From an uncultured delta proteobacterium (lineage in GTDB: Bacteria > Desulfobacterota > RBG-13-43-22), in contig CAWBOS010000010.1 in the NCBI GenBank assembly GCA_963790475.1, forward strand, positions 192,001 to 256,000: a stretch of DNA of 64,000 bases, given 5' to 3'. A program made the position numbers and the translations under genes. Below the pieces are notes generated by a model, which saw only the letters and a program-made list of their open reading frames with translations, was not told the DNA's origin and made no database searches. Below are positions 8,470 through 17,721 of the stretch, piece after piece. Positions within the stretch are counted from its first letter, which is position 1, and every line of letters begins with the position of its first letter.

Positions 8470-9198
8470 ATGGTCGATCAAGAGTGGTATAACATCATCG
8501 AACTAGTAGCCCCCTATGTTGTGAGGATTTGGACACCCCAAGGCTCAGGAACGGGGTTCCTTGTTTCAGTAAGCCAAAGCACGCCACTATGTGCAATAGC
8601 AACTGCGGCTCATGTAATTGCTCACGCACATTACTGGGAGGAACCTCTTCGCATAGAGCACCAGGCATCGGCAAAAACGTTACTCTTGAGGCAGCCGGAC
8701 AGAGCCATCAATATTGATACTAGCAAAGATACCGCTGCAATAACGTTTGAGCGAGGAGACTTAGCATTTCCAGATAATATCCTTACTCTCATAGAAAAGG
8801 GTAAATATTTCAAAGCGGGTGTGGAGATCGGCTGGCTTGGCTATCCGGCCATACCCAGAGCAAGTCTTTGCTTTTTCTCTGGTCGTATCAGCGCCTGGAT
8901 TGAAGCAGAAAACGCATACTTAGTCGATGGGGTCGCCATTAACGGGGTTAGTGGTGGTCCTGCTTTCACCCTTTGGGGTGGTATGCTAGCTGGGGTAGTA
9001 TCTGCATACATCCCTAATCGGGAAACAGGCGAAGCCCTTCCAGGGCTGGCTGTGGTTCGTGGAGTGAGCCAATTCCATGAAGTTGCCGATTCTTTTCGCA
9101 CACTGGATGAGGCAAAAGCTACAGAAACTCCAGCGACTGAGCCACCGCCTATACCCGATGGAGAAAATCAGACGAAAGCTGGTCGAAGCTCAGTCTAA
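8470..9198 (+). CDS. Trypsin-like serine protease
   Basis: GSGTGF, TAAHV (His), DTA (Asp) and GVSGGP (Ser) catalytic motifs; GGAGG RBS before ATG 8470. Confidence 0.88.
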   Translation: MVDQEWYNIIELVAPYVVRIWTPQGSGTGFLVSVSQSTPLCAIATAAHVIAHAHYWEEPLRIEHQASAKTLLLRQPDRAINIDTSKDTAAITFERGDLAFPDNILTLIEKGKYFKAGVEIGWLGYPAIPRASLCFFSGRISAWIEAENAYLVDGVAINGVSGGPAFTLWGGMLAGVVSAYIPNRETGEALPGLAVVRGVSQFHEVADSFRTLDEAKATETPATEPPPIPDGENQTKAGRSSV

Positions 9199-9252
9199 CG
9201 GCATTAAGCGCGATGAAGGAAAACCCACGGCGCCTTATGCATCGCATTCGAA
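9193..9252 (+). other. Degenerate attC-like site
   Basis: RYYYAAC (GTCTAAC) overlaps the stop codon; imperfect palindrome GCATTAAGCGCG...CGGCGCCTTATGC; R' box decayed. Confidence 0.5.
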
Positions 9253-9264
9253 CTAAGGTGAGAT

Positions 9265-9313
9265 ATGAGTAACACGATTTTTATTATAGGAGCTGTTGCT
9301 CCAAAGCTGCCGT
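9265..9313 (+). pseudogene. N-terminal stub resembling SIR2-like proteins
   Basis: MSNTIFIIGA followed by DNA one substitution and one deletion away from GASKAA (GAGAS motif). Confidence 0.4.
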
Positions 9314-9437
9314 GTTATGTGGGGACACTGAAAAATAAGTAAGAAACCTATTCAGAATATTTGGCGAATATCAAGTGACTCCTATGTTAATTTATTTTTT
9401 GCCAGCGTCCTTATAAACACATAACAAGGAGTACTGT

Positions 9438-12140
9438 ATGCCTATCCTTCAAAAATGTCTTGACTTTCCTTGTGGGGCAAAATTCTACCGAGCAGACCTG
9501 CACATTCATTCCTTTGGTCCCTCCCATGATGTGGATGATGAGCAGCTAACCCCAACTAATATCGTGACCTCTGCCATTCATGAGAAAATCGATGTCATCG
9601 CCGTCACAGATCACAACGAAATTGATAATGTCATGGCTGTGATTCAATCTGCAGAAAAGAAGCTCCTGGTCATTCCAGGCGTCGAACTATCTACAAATCA
9701 GGGACACCTTCTATGCTATTTGCCGACCCTTGAAGCTTTGAACAAATTCTATGGCAGACTGGATATTGTGGATCGAGGTAAACAGACTTCTCGTTGCCAA
9801 AATGCAATTCTTGAATGCCTGACTCTAGTTAACCAGTTTGGCGGCTTTGGAATTCTTGCACACGTTGACGCAGGAAGTGGATTCGAGACCGAAGTTCCCG
9901 GCGCTGCTCCTCATAAAATTGACGTTCTGTGTCATCCAGCACTATTGGGTCTCGAGCTAAAATCAGCAAAGTCAGTAATTTCTTATGCCGATACTGATAT
10001 TGACAAAAATCGTACCGAGATTGGACGTGAGCGAATTAAACGGCAAGGCCTTGGTTCCAAACAATTTCTTGCCCGAATTCTAAGTTCAGACGCACATACT
10101 CTTGGTTCAATAGGACGCAATGCTGACGGTTATCAAAAGGTGACACGAGTTAAGATGGATCAACCGTCATTTTCAGCACTTCGCATTGCCCTGGAAGATA
10201 GCGACGCAAGGATTCGTATTGAAGATATGATCCCTCATACTGTCCCTGCCTTTCTTGGCATACACATTGAAGATGGCTTTTTGGGAAACCAAACAATTCG
10301 ATTTAGCAAAAATTTGAACTGTATCATTGGAGGTCGCGGAGCAGGCAAATCATTGACATTTGAGGCATTACGACTCTTGACTGGTGTCGAGAGCGGGAAT
10401 TCGGTTATTGATTCAGAAGTTTGGCCAAATAAACTTCATCTCTTTTGGGAAGATCCTGCCGGGCAAAGACATAAATTGACTAGATCAACAGGAGGTGACG
10501 TTGAGAATGCAGAGGACCCATTCAGCGGACCAGTGAAGTTTGAGCTAGACTGCTTTGGTCAGGGGGAGACGGCTAAAATCAGCGAGAAGGCAAAGACTGA
10601 TCCTCTGGCATTACTCACATATCTCGACAAGTTTGTAAACATTTCGGAGGCCACCGAAGGTGAAGCACTGGCACGAGGAAAGCTAGTTGAATTACAAACA
10701 AAGATCGAAGAAGCGACCCTGAAAGTTAATTTAATCCCACAATATGAGAATGCCTTGAAAATAACCCAAAACCAACTCGTTGCTCTTGAGAAAGCAAAAG
10801 CCAAGGAGGTTATCGAGTTGCAACGTAAAATAGCGTCGGAGAGAGAACTTCGACTTCAAATAAATTCTAAGATTGTATCTTTGAAAGAAGATGTTTCTCT
10901 GCGTCCAGCTAAAACACGGCTTGACGAGATAAAGTCGCTAGCCGACCCGAGTACTCTTGCGGTAGGTGTGGTCGAGTTTAAGGAAATTATTAAAAAAGTA
11001 GACGAATTAAAGATGTGCGTTGAACAAGCTGATGTTCAGGTGAAGGAGAAGTTCAAGGCGTTTACAGAGGGAACTATCGGATTACTTTCAAAATGGAAAG
11101 CGAAGGATTCAGAAACACAAAGCCAAATCGACCTGAAAAGGAAGGAATTGGAAGCACAAGGTATACGGCTGGATATGGCCTATGTCCAAAAACTTGCAAA
11201 AGACGAGGCTAGCCAGAAAAAAGATGTTGCTACTCTCAAGACATGGATTCCACATCTTAAGGAACTCAAGAAACAAAGAAATGAAACGCTGAAGGTTCGC
11301 TGGGAAAGCCGTGAACGGGTGGCAAACATTCGAGAGGCGTATGGACGTATTGCATCAAAGACCTTGAAAGAAGCCCTTTCTGATCTTCAGGTTAGTCTCA
11401 AATACATACGAAATGGATTTTCTCCGGTTGCTTCGGCGCAGATTATAAGTGCAATGGGGTGGAGAACCGTCCAGCAGCAGCGTGTCGCTGCTCTTGTTGA
11501 GAAATTAACCATTCCAGAACTTCTAAAAGTAATTGAACAAAAAAATATTGTTGCTATAACAAACTTAAAATCACCTGAAGGCGTGTCTATTTTTGAAAAA
11601 TCCGAGGCATCCGACATAATTCAGAAACTAGGACAGCCAGCGATCAAATTTGCGTTGGAGCGATGCGAGCTTTATGACCTACCGCGCCTAACTGTAACAA
11701 AAATCCTTCAGGATACTGTTGGAAAGGTCAAGCCCTTGTCGCGGGACTACTCCAAATTATCACTCGGGCAGCAGCAATCGGTGCTACTCGCCTTAATGTT
11801 ATCCTCGAACAGTAAACTCCCTCTAATTATTGACCAACCAGAAGACAATCTCGACAGCGAATTCATTTATCAAACACTTGTTCCTGTACTGCGCCGCGCA
11901 AAGGAAAGGCGACAAATTATAGTTGTTACTCACAACCCGAATGTCGCGGTGCTGGGTGATGCCGAGCAAATAATAATACTCAAGAGTACTAGTGAAAGGG
12001 CACAGATAATAGCGCGTGGATCTATAGACAATCCAGATACTTGTAAATATGCATGCAGCATCCTCGAGGGGGCTCAAGAAGCATTCGAACGTAGAGCAAA
12101 GATTTATGGACTGGGTGTACCTGTGTCTCAGAATTCTTAA
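9438..12140 (+). CDS. PHP phosphoesterase - SMC/AAA ATPase fusion (Ppl/TrlF-like, candidate anti-phage protein)
   Basis: DLHIHS, TDHN, GVELS, AHVD and SDAH PHP motifs; Walker A GGRGAGKS; coiled coil; LSLGQQ signature, IIDQPEDNLD Walker B, VTHNPN. Confidence 0.88.
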   Translation: MPILQKCLDFPCGAKFYRADLHIHSFGPSHDVDDEQLTPTNIVTSAIHEKIDVIAVTDHNEIDNVMAVIQSAEKKLLVIPGVELSTNQGHLLCYLPTLEALNKFYGRLDIVDRGKQTSRCQNAILECLTLVNQFGGFGILAHVDAGSGFETEVPGAAPHKIDVLCHPALLGLELKSAKSVISYADTDIDKNRTEIGRERIKRQGLGSKQFLARILSSDAHTLGSIGRNADGYQKVTRVKMDQPSFSALRIALEDSDARIRIEDMIPHTVPAFLGIHIEDGFLGNQTIRFSKNLNCIIGGRGAGKSLTFEALRLLTGVESGNSVIDSEVWPNKLHLFWEDPAGQRHKLTRSTGGDVENAEDPFSGPVKFELDCFGQGETAKISEKAKTDPLALLTYLDKFVNISEATEGEALARGKLVELQTKIEEATLKVNLIPQYENALKITQNQLVALEKAKAKEVIELQRKIASERELRLQINSKIVSLKEDVSLRPAKTRLDEIKSLADPSTLAVGVVEFKEIIKKVDELKMCVEQADVQVKEKFKAFTEGTIGLLSKWKAKDSETQSQIDLKRKELEAQGIRLDMAYVQKLAKDEASQKKDVATLKTWIPHLKELKKQRNETLKVRWESRERVANIREAYGRIASKTLKEALSDLQVSLKYIRNGFSPVASAQIISAMGWRTVQQQRVAALVEKLTIPELLKVIEQKNIVAITNLKSPEGVSIFEKSEASDIIQKLGQPAIKFALERCELYDLPRLTVTKILQDTVGKVKPLSRDYSKLSLGQQQSVLLALMLSSNSKLPLIIDQPEDNLDSEFIYQTLVPVLRRAKERRQIIVVTHNPNVAVLGDAEQIIILKSTSERAQIIARGSIDNPDTCKYACSILEGAQEAFERRAKIYGLGVPVSQNS

Positions 12141-12155
12141 GAGCAAATCAAATGC

Positions 12156-12256
12156 TGGTCGGATCAGGCCAAGGGATGGATATCTCAATGAATCAAATAA
12201 AAAATAAAGGGTAAAAAAGAGCTTTTAAGATGCCCTTTTTACGCCTTCAAAAAAGG
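12156..12256 (+). repeat. Dispersed ~70-100 bp hairpin repeat, copy 1
   Basis: TCTCAATGAATCAAATAAAAAA...GGGTAAAA...TTTTTAC; homologs at 16825 and 28938. Confidence 0.65.
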
Positions 12257-12365
12257 TTTTAAGAAAACCCTCGACGCCGTAAACGATGAATAATCATTAA
12301 GGTGTCAGGCTCGCCCCCATGTAACAAAGGAGAAAAGGGACAAAGCAAAACCGAAGGGATGAGAC

Positions 12366-13157
12366 ATGGCTACAACACAAGTTGGTTCGCACACTGTTTA
12401 CTATGATGATCTGGGGGCTGGCCACCCAATTGTGCTTCTCACCGGGCTGGGCGCCTCACGTCTTGGCTGGCGGAAGCAGCTTGAGCCCTTCTCGGCCAGG
12501 TATCGGGTCATCAATATGGACAACCGGGACTCGGGCGACAGCCTCCCCGACACAGGGCCATACGGCATTGCCGACCTGGCGGATGATGTGCGAGGTGTCA
12601 TTCAGAATCTCAAGCTTGAACGTATATATCTGGCCGGCATCTCCATGGGCGGATTTATCTCGATGGAACTGGCCATCCGCCATCCCGAGCTGGTCGAGAA
12701 ACTGGTTTTGGTTTCAACCAGCGCCGGTGGCTCAACCAATGTTCAGCCAAAGCCGGAAATTCTGACCCTACTGGTTCCCGGTGAGGCCGAGGATATTGAG
12801 CAGGTTGCCCGTCGAACCTTTACGGCGATTACGGGCAAAGGGTTTATGGATGCGCATCCGGAAGACCTGGAGGAAATTGTGAAAATCATGAAAGAGAAGG
12901 CGATGCCGCTAGAATCATTCCAACGGCAACTCGGAGCGGCGATGGTACATGATGCCACGGATCGTCTGGACCGGATTTCCGCGCCGACCCTGGTCATTCA
13001 CGGTGACTATGATCCGCTCATTCCCTACGAGAACGGCCAGTACCTGGCCGCGCACATCAAGGCCGCGCGACTTTCCACCTATCCGGGTGTCGGACACCTG
13101 CCGATCATAGAGGCGGCCGATAGATTCAATCGCGAAGTGCTCGAGTTTTTGGGATAA
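12366..13157 (+). CDS. Alpha/beta-fold hydrolase
   Basis: GISMGG nucleophile elbow, PTLVIHGDYD, GVGH. Confidence 0.9.
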   Translation: MATTQVGSHTVYYDDLGAGHPIVLLTGLGASRLGWRKQLEPFSARYRVINMDNRDSGDSLPDTGPYGIADLADDVRGVIQNLKLERIYLAGISMGGFISMELAIRHPELVEKLVLVSTSAGGSTNVQPKPEILTLLVPGEAEDIEQVARRTFTAITGKGFMDAHPEDLEEIVKIMKEKAMPLESFQRQLGAAMVHDATDRLDRISAPTLVIHGDYDPLIPYENGQYLAAHIKAARLSTYPGVGHLPIIEAADRFNREVLEFLG

Positions 13158-13159
13158 AA

Positions 13160-13622
13160 ATGAAAATCCGGCCAATCATTGAAGAAGACATTCCAGCCGT
13201 TGTAGATCTGATTCTCCAAAATTACGACGAGGTGATGCCTGCGTATCACTCACCGGGAGTTCTTGAGAAATCCAGATTAAAGGTAACCCCGGATCAAATC
13301 AGGGCACAGGTGAAAACCAATTTTTGTTGTTGAATCAGAGGGAGAGGTCATTGCTACAGCGGCGTTGGCCAACTTTGGAACAGGGGAAATCCCCAAGCAC
13401 AGCGTTTCTAATGTCTTTATCAAAGTCGACCATCAAAACCGGGGAATCGGGAAGTTTCTAATGGAACATCTCTTCCATTCGGCAGGCGATAACAATGTCG
13501 AGATCCTTCAGGTTCCAAGCAGTTTGAACGCCATCTCTTTTTACCAAAGAATCGGTTTTATAAAGAATGAAGAACAACCGGATTCGGCTGATGAAATCAC
13601 TTGGATGACCAAGGTACTTTAA
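13160..13622 (+). pseudogene. GNAT acetyltransferase, frameshifted near 13318
   Basis: MKIRPIIEEDIPAV in one frame; HQNRGIGKFLM...NAISFYQRIGF in another. Confidence 0.75.
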
Positions 13623-13656
13623 ATAAAAGTGCCAAACTGTTAAAGGGGTGCTGGGA

Positions 13657-14085
13657 ATGAGATCAACTTTTCTGCCGATTGCGACGGCTGTAATGGGCGG
13701 TGTGCTCTACCATGTCGCGCAAAAATCTATTCCGAAGGCCGTCAGCCCTTTTGCTGCGATCATCGTCGCCTACACAGTCGGCATTGCCTTGTGTGGTGTC
13801 GCTTTTTATCTCGACCCGGCGCGTCCCTCTTTTCTATCCTCGGTGCGGGAATCGAACTGGGCCGTAGTCTTTGTGGGTGTTGGTGCCGCGATCATCGAGG
13901 TCTCGGTTCTGCTGGCCTACCGGGGGGGATGGAACATCAACACCATGTCGGTCGTCATGAGCATCTCGGTCGCATTAATACTCATCCCCGTCGGTCTGTT
14001 CTCTTTCAACGAGCACTTGTCGTTGCGGAGCGCAGTTGGGATCGCCTGCTGTTTGATTGGCCTCTGGCTGATCTCGAAAAGATAA
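13657..14085 (+). CDS. Small EamA/DMT-like membrane protein
   Basis: Multiple hydrophobic helices; FNEHLS...VGIACCLIGL DMT-type C-terminus. Confidence 0.75.
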   Translation: MRSTFLPIATAVMGGVLYHVAQKSIPKAVSPFAAIIVAYTVGIALCGVAFYLDPARPSFLSSVRESNWAVVFVGVGAAIIEVSVLLAYRGGWNINTMSVVMSISVALILIPVGLFSFNEHLSLRSAVGIACCLIGLWLISKR

Positions 14086-14246
14086 ATTCCCGGCTTGGGC
14101 CTCTGATCGAGTTTTTGGGATAAGACAGAGCGGTTATTCCGGCGCGCAAAAGGTCGGAATGGGAAAAGAAATTCAGTCGGATTCGGAATAAAATGAGTCA
14201 AAGGTAAAGGTAAAGGATTTGACCCCAAACCCACCAAACCCATGAG

Positions 14247-14271
14247 GCGTCGGCTGAGTTCGGCGTTGGCC
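14247..14271 (+). other. 3' half (L'-R') of an attC-like site
   Basis: GCGTCGGCTGAGTTCGGCGTTGGCC, ending in a GTT core 17 bp before the next start codon. Confidence 0.5.
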
Positions 14272-14287
14272 TTCAAAGGATGACTAA

Positions 14288-14677
14288 ATGAAAGAAAATG
14301 ACCGTTATCAAAGAGGCTGGGAAAAACTCAAGGAAGTTGACGGTGAGGCCGGCGAGCGTGTAATCGAAAGCCTCAAGGATATTGCGCCTGAGTTTGCCCG
14401 AATACTGATCGAATTTTCTTTTGGCGATATTTATTCAAGGCCGGGATTGGATCTAAAGTCCAGAGAAATAGCCGTAGTTGCCGCTTTGACCGCTTTGGGA
14501 AATGCCACACCGCAATTAAAAGTGCATATTCATGGTGCGCTTAATGTTGGATGCACGGAGCAGGAAATTGTAGAAATAATGATGCAAATGGCAGTGTTTG
14601 CGGGCTTCCCCGCGGCACTTAATGGATTGTTCGCGGCCAAAGAGGTTTTTGCTGAAAGAAAAAACACAAAAGGTTAA
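14288..14677 (+). CDS. Carboxymuconolactone decarboxylase family protein
   Basis: [17 protein letters not shown]...[13 protein letters not shown]...FAGFPAALN. Confidence 0.9.
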   Translation: MKENDRYQRGWEKLKEVDGEAGERVIESLKDIAPEFARILIEFSFGDIYSRPGLDLKSREIAVVAALTALGNATPQLKVHIHGALNVGCTEQEIVEIMMQMAVFAGFPAALNGLFAAKEVFAERKNTKG

Positions 14678-14729
14678 CCTGGCACTCAAGCCGCCCCGAA
14701 CCTCACGCAGCTTAGCGAAGCGATTGGGC
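14672..14729 (+). other. Degenerate attC-like site
   Basis: GGTTAAC overlaps the stop codon; CACTCAAGCCGC pairs with GCAGCTTAGCG with an extra base; ends ATTGGGC (GTT decayed). Confidence 0.55.
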
Positions 14730-14798
14730 CCTATGGGAGCCGTTTTGAAACAATCGAGCATAATCAGGGATTCCATGTGAAACTACTAATAGAGGACA

Positions 14799-15277
14799 AT
14801 GATGGCTGATAAGAAAATGGATCTGGCCGGGCCGGGCATCGGCACTTATGAGGAAGTGGATAAAAGCCTTCCCCACAATTATAAGGTCTTGTTGGGTCCC
14901 AAGGAGAGAATGCGGGCACTGTTCAAGATTAAAAACTTCATCGAAGAGAACCTGTGTCGGGAACTCAACCTTTTCATGGTTCAGGTTCCGCTCATCGTCA
15001 CCAAGGACAGCGGTGTCAACGATTACCTGGACCGGGATGGTTCGCGCACGCCCGTTGAATTTCCCTGCGGGCTCGGTCTGGAAAAAAGAATCGAGGCCCA
15101 GGTGGTCCGGGCCGCCACCAAATGGAAGTCGTTACGAGAATCTGGTCGGTTATCTATGAGGCCGGCCAGATGGTCAGGAAAGACTTTCCCGCCCATCTGG
15201 GCGAGGTGAGCATCACGGTCTGGCCTGATGTCCTTAAATCGATTTGCAAAAAGAAAAATATCCGGGTATTGGAATAA
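14799..15277 (+). pseudogene. asnA: Aspartate-ammonia ligase pseudogene with two internal deletions
   Basis: Three segments match 29091-29420, ~29593-29656 and ~30140-30224. Confidence 0.88.
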
Positions 15278-15350
15278 GGAATTGAGAAAAATCAGATGTG
15301 AGGTTAATGGGGTAGGGCAACGAAAACAATTTGAATCCCCGTCTGTGTGC

Positions 15351-15635
15351 TGGTGTAGTCTCTCAATAATAGGTTTACAATAGTCTTATTCCGTCATTCC
15401 TGCGAAAGCAGGAATCCAGGTTGAAAAGACTGGGTTCCGGATCAAGAGGGTGTGTCACAATTGCATTTATGTCATTTCGTGCAACCGAAGCGCGACACGG
15501 AATCCAGTTTTCCAATAAGTTCTGGATACCGGCTTTCGCCGGTATGACGACTTTGATGGCACTTTAAGTAATTACGAGACAGCCTCCAAGTCCGGAATGA
15601 CAACCATGGAGAGCGATTACTGTTACATTACACTA
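15351..15635. repeat. Nested palindromic repeat complex (REP-like GTCATTCC...GGAATGAC core inside an imperfect TIR shell)
   Basis: GTCATTCCTGCGAAAGCAGGAATCCAG...CTGGGTTCCGGATCAAGTCCGGAATGAC at 15393-15601, interrupted by an inner element. Confidence 0.7.
15446..15586. mobile_element. Inner MITE with GAGG termini and a 3-bp TSD (CAA)
   Basis: TIRs match at 13/17; removing the element restores the host hairpin CCGGATCAAGTCCGG. Confidence 0.7.
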
Positions 15636-15645
15636 AGAGTGAACC

Positions 15646-16176
15646 ATGGAGAGTAAGAAGATATCCGTGGAAGGCAGGGAACGTCTGCGAAGACGCTATC
15701 GGCCGGTCAGTGTCCGCGTTCTCTTCGTGGGCGAGGGGCCGCCGGCCTCGGGTCGATTTTTCTATCAGGCGGATTCGGGACTTTACCGGGCGATTCGCGA
15801 CGCCTTTGCCAACGTTTTCCCCGTGGTCGGCGACCAGGAGTTTCTGGAGTTGTTCCGATCGCTGGGTTGTTATCTGGTCGATTTGTGCGGCCGGCCCGTT
15901 GACCACCTGCCCGGTGACCAGCGCCTGAAAGCCTGCCTGGATAGCGAGGTTCGTCTGGCCGGGATACTGAAACGACTTCGTCCGGAAATCGTGATGACCG
16001 TGGTTCGATCGATCTCAGCTAATGTGAGGCGTACGCAACAGCGGGCCAACTGGTCGGGTATCCACATCGAACTTCCCTATCCGGGTCGCTGGAACCATCA
16101 CCGCACGGCGTTTCTTAAGGAGCTGTCACTCGTTCTTCACAGGATCTATAAGGGAAACGGATCATGTTCGCTATAA
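15646..16176 (+). CDS. Hypothetical protein, uracil-DNA glycosylase-like fold
   Basis: VRVLFVGEGPP...FFY and C-terminal LPYP motifs. Confidence 0.55.
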   Translation: MESKKISVEGRERLRRRYRPVSVRVLFVGEGPPASGRFFYQADSGLYRAIRDAFANVFPVVGDQEFLELFRSLGCYLVDLCGRPVDHLPGDQRLKACLDSEVRLAGILKRLRPEIVMTVVRSISANVRRTQQRANWSGIHIELPYPGRWNHHRTAFLKELSLVLHRIYKGNGSCSL

Positions 16177-16799
16177 ATCACGCGGCCACCGGGCTGATCA
16201 TCAAAAAGATATTTCCCGATGTACCGATGGCCATAATCTTGGTTTCGGTCCAGTTAATAGAGATCCTCTGGGTTGTATTAAACTTTCTCGGTGTGGAAAA
16301 GACAACAACCGAAGACAAAGTGCAATCAGTCAGCGACGTACATCTTGAGTATATGCCGTTTTCGCACTCAGTGGTCTCCACGGTTCTTTTGGCGGCCGGC
16401 GCCTGGATATTCCTGGACTTGGGATTCAAGGCGGCTGATATTGGAATAGCTGTGGCGCTGGGGATATGTTCTCACCTTCTGCTTGACCTGGTTAGTCATG
16501 CCCGTGATATTGTCATAGCGCCATTTCTGGACAGCAGAAAGTTCGGCTTGGGGCTCTATGAGAAACCGCCTTTGGCTTTCGTGTTTGAGACCATCTATGG
16601 GATTTTCTGCTGGTGGTTATACGGAGGCAGCAGGGCGTTATTTTTGATAATTGTCCTTTTTAACCTGGCGAACGCTTCTTTCTTTATCAAACCCATACCC
16701 GGTCCGGAAAGACTTATGGCACATCGGCCGTTCTCGATTACGGCCATAATAGCACTACAGATTGTCGTGACGGCGGTACTTGTAGGGTTGTTTAGCTGA
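16164..16799 (+). CDS. Membrane-bound metal-dependent hydrolase-like protein
   Basis: N-terminal H, FSHS and SHLLLD motifs, several TM helices. Confidence 0.65.
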   Translation: MFAINHAATGLIIKKIFPDVPMAIILVSVQLIEILWVVLNFLGVEKTTTEDKVQSVSDVHLEYMPFSHSVVSTVLLAAGAWIFLDLGFKAADIGIAVALGICSHLLLDLVSHARDIVIAPFLDSRKFGLGLYEKPPLAFVFETIYGIFCWWLYGGSRALFLIIVLFNLANASFFIKPIPGPERLMAHRPFSITAIIALQIVVTAVLVGLFS

Positions 16800-16824
16800 A
16801 ATTTTGCGAGTGGGGGTCGGATCT

Positions 16825-16890
16825 TCTCATTGAACTAAATAAAAAAGCTGGGTAAGAAGGTCTTAAGGTGATATTTTTACCCCCAAAAAG
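16825..16890 (+). repeat. Dispersed hairpin repeat, copy 2
   Basis: TCTCATTGAACTAAATAAAAAAGCTGGGTAAGAA...TTTTTACCCC. Confidence 0.55.
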
Positions 16891-16920
16891 CAGAAATCTC
16901 ATAAAGGGGAGAACCTGAAC

Positions 16921-17511
16921 ATGGTGAAAAAAACCAAGTTGTTGTTTTTAGCATTCTCATTGCTTTCATTCCTGATTGCCTGTGTTCCGTCAATGGATAT
17001 AAAATATGATAAACTTGCTAAAACGGAGTTGAAGCGCGGGACGGTTGCGGTTGGAGAGGTCAATAATAAACGTCTTAAAAGCTATGGAGGTCAGAGTTTT
17101 GGGTTATTAGGAAAACTTCGTGGAGGATATGGAAATCCTTTTGACCTGCAAACGGAGGAAGGAAAAGAGATTAACGTAGTTTTGAGGGAGATGGCTAAAA
17201 ACGTTCTGGAGCATAGCGGTTATACCTCAGGCAGAAGCGACAAGAAAGCTCCCAGGTTGGATATTGATGTGCTTCGCTTTTGGTGTGATGGGTATGGTAA
17301 CAAGTATACGATAGAAGCTGAGATTGCAGCAAAACTTGTCGATCCGCTGGATGGAAACGTCCTGACCCAGAGAGGAATTGACTTCGAGAGAGTATTTTCG
17401 CTTTCAACCCCCGGCAAGACGCGTGAAGCCTTTGATGTAGTATTTAATGACATACAGAAGCAATTGCTGAGGTTCATTGAGTCTAAAGAATTTCAGGCGG
17501 CTGTAAAGTAA
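16921..17511 (+). CDS. Hypothetical lipoprotein
   Basis: Basic N-terminus, hydrophobic stretch, LIAC lipobox. Confidence 0.7.
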   Translation: MVKKTKLLFLAFSLLSFLIACVPSMDIKYDKLAKTELKRGTVAVGEVNNKRLKSYGGQSFGLLGKLRGGYGNPFDLQTEEGKEINVVLREMAKNVLEHSGYTSGRSDKKAPRLDIDVLRFWCDGYGNKYTIEAEIAAKLVDPLDGNVLTQRGIDFERVFSLSTPGKTREAFDVVFNDIQKQLLRFIESKEFQAAVK

Positions 17512-17721
17512 TTATTAAGGATCTAAGAAAAACCTCAAGGCCGCGAGCCAATCGATATTTTGTTCCCAATAAGGTTTGGCATATCACCTATCGAAGCATA
17601 GTCATTAAATTGTCGTGGCCCGACTCCATGCAATATCATCTGGGAAAGGGGCTCGGAATCTTGGTCTCTAAATAGGGCAGGGATGCCCTGGAATATAAAT
17701 TCCAAACTTAGGAGGTCAAAG

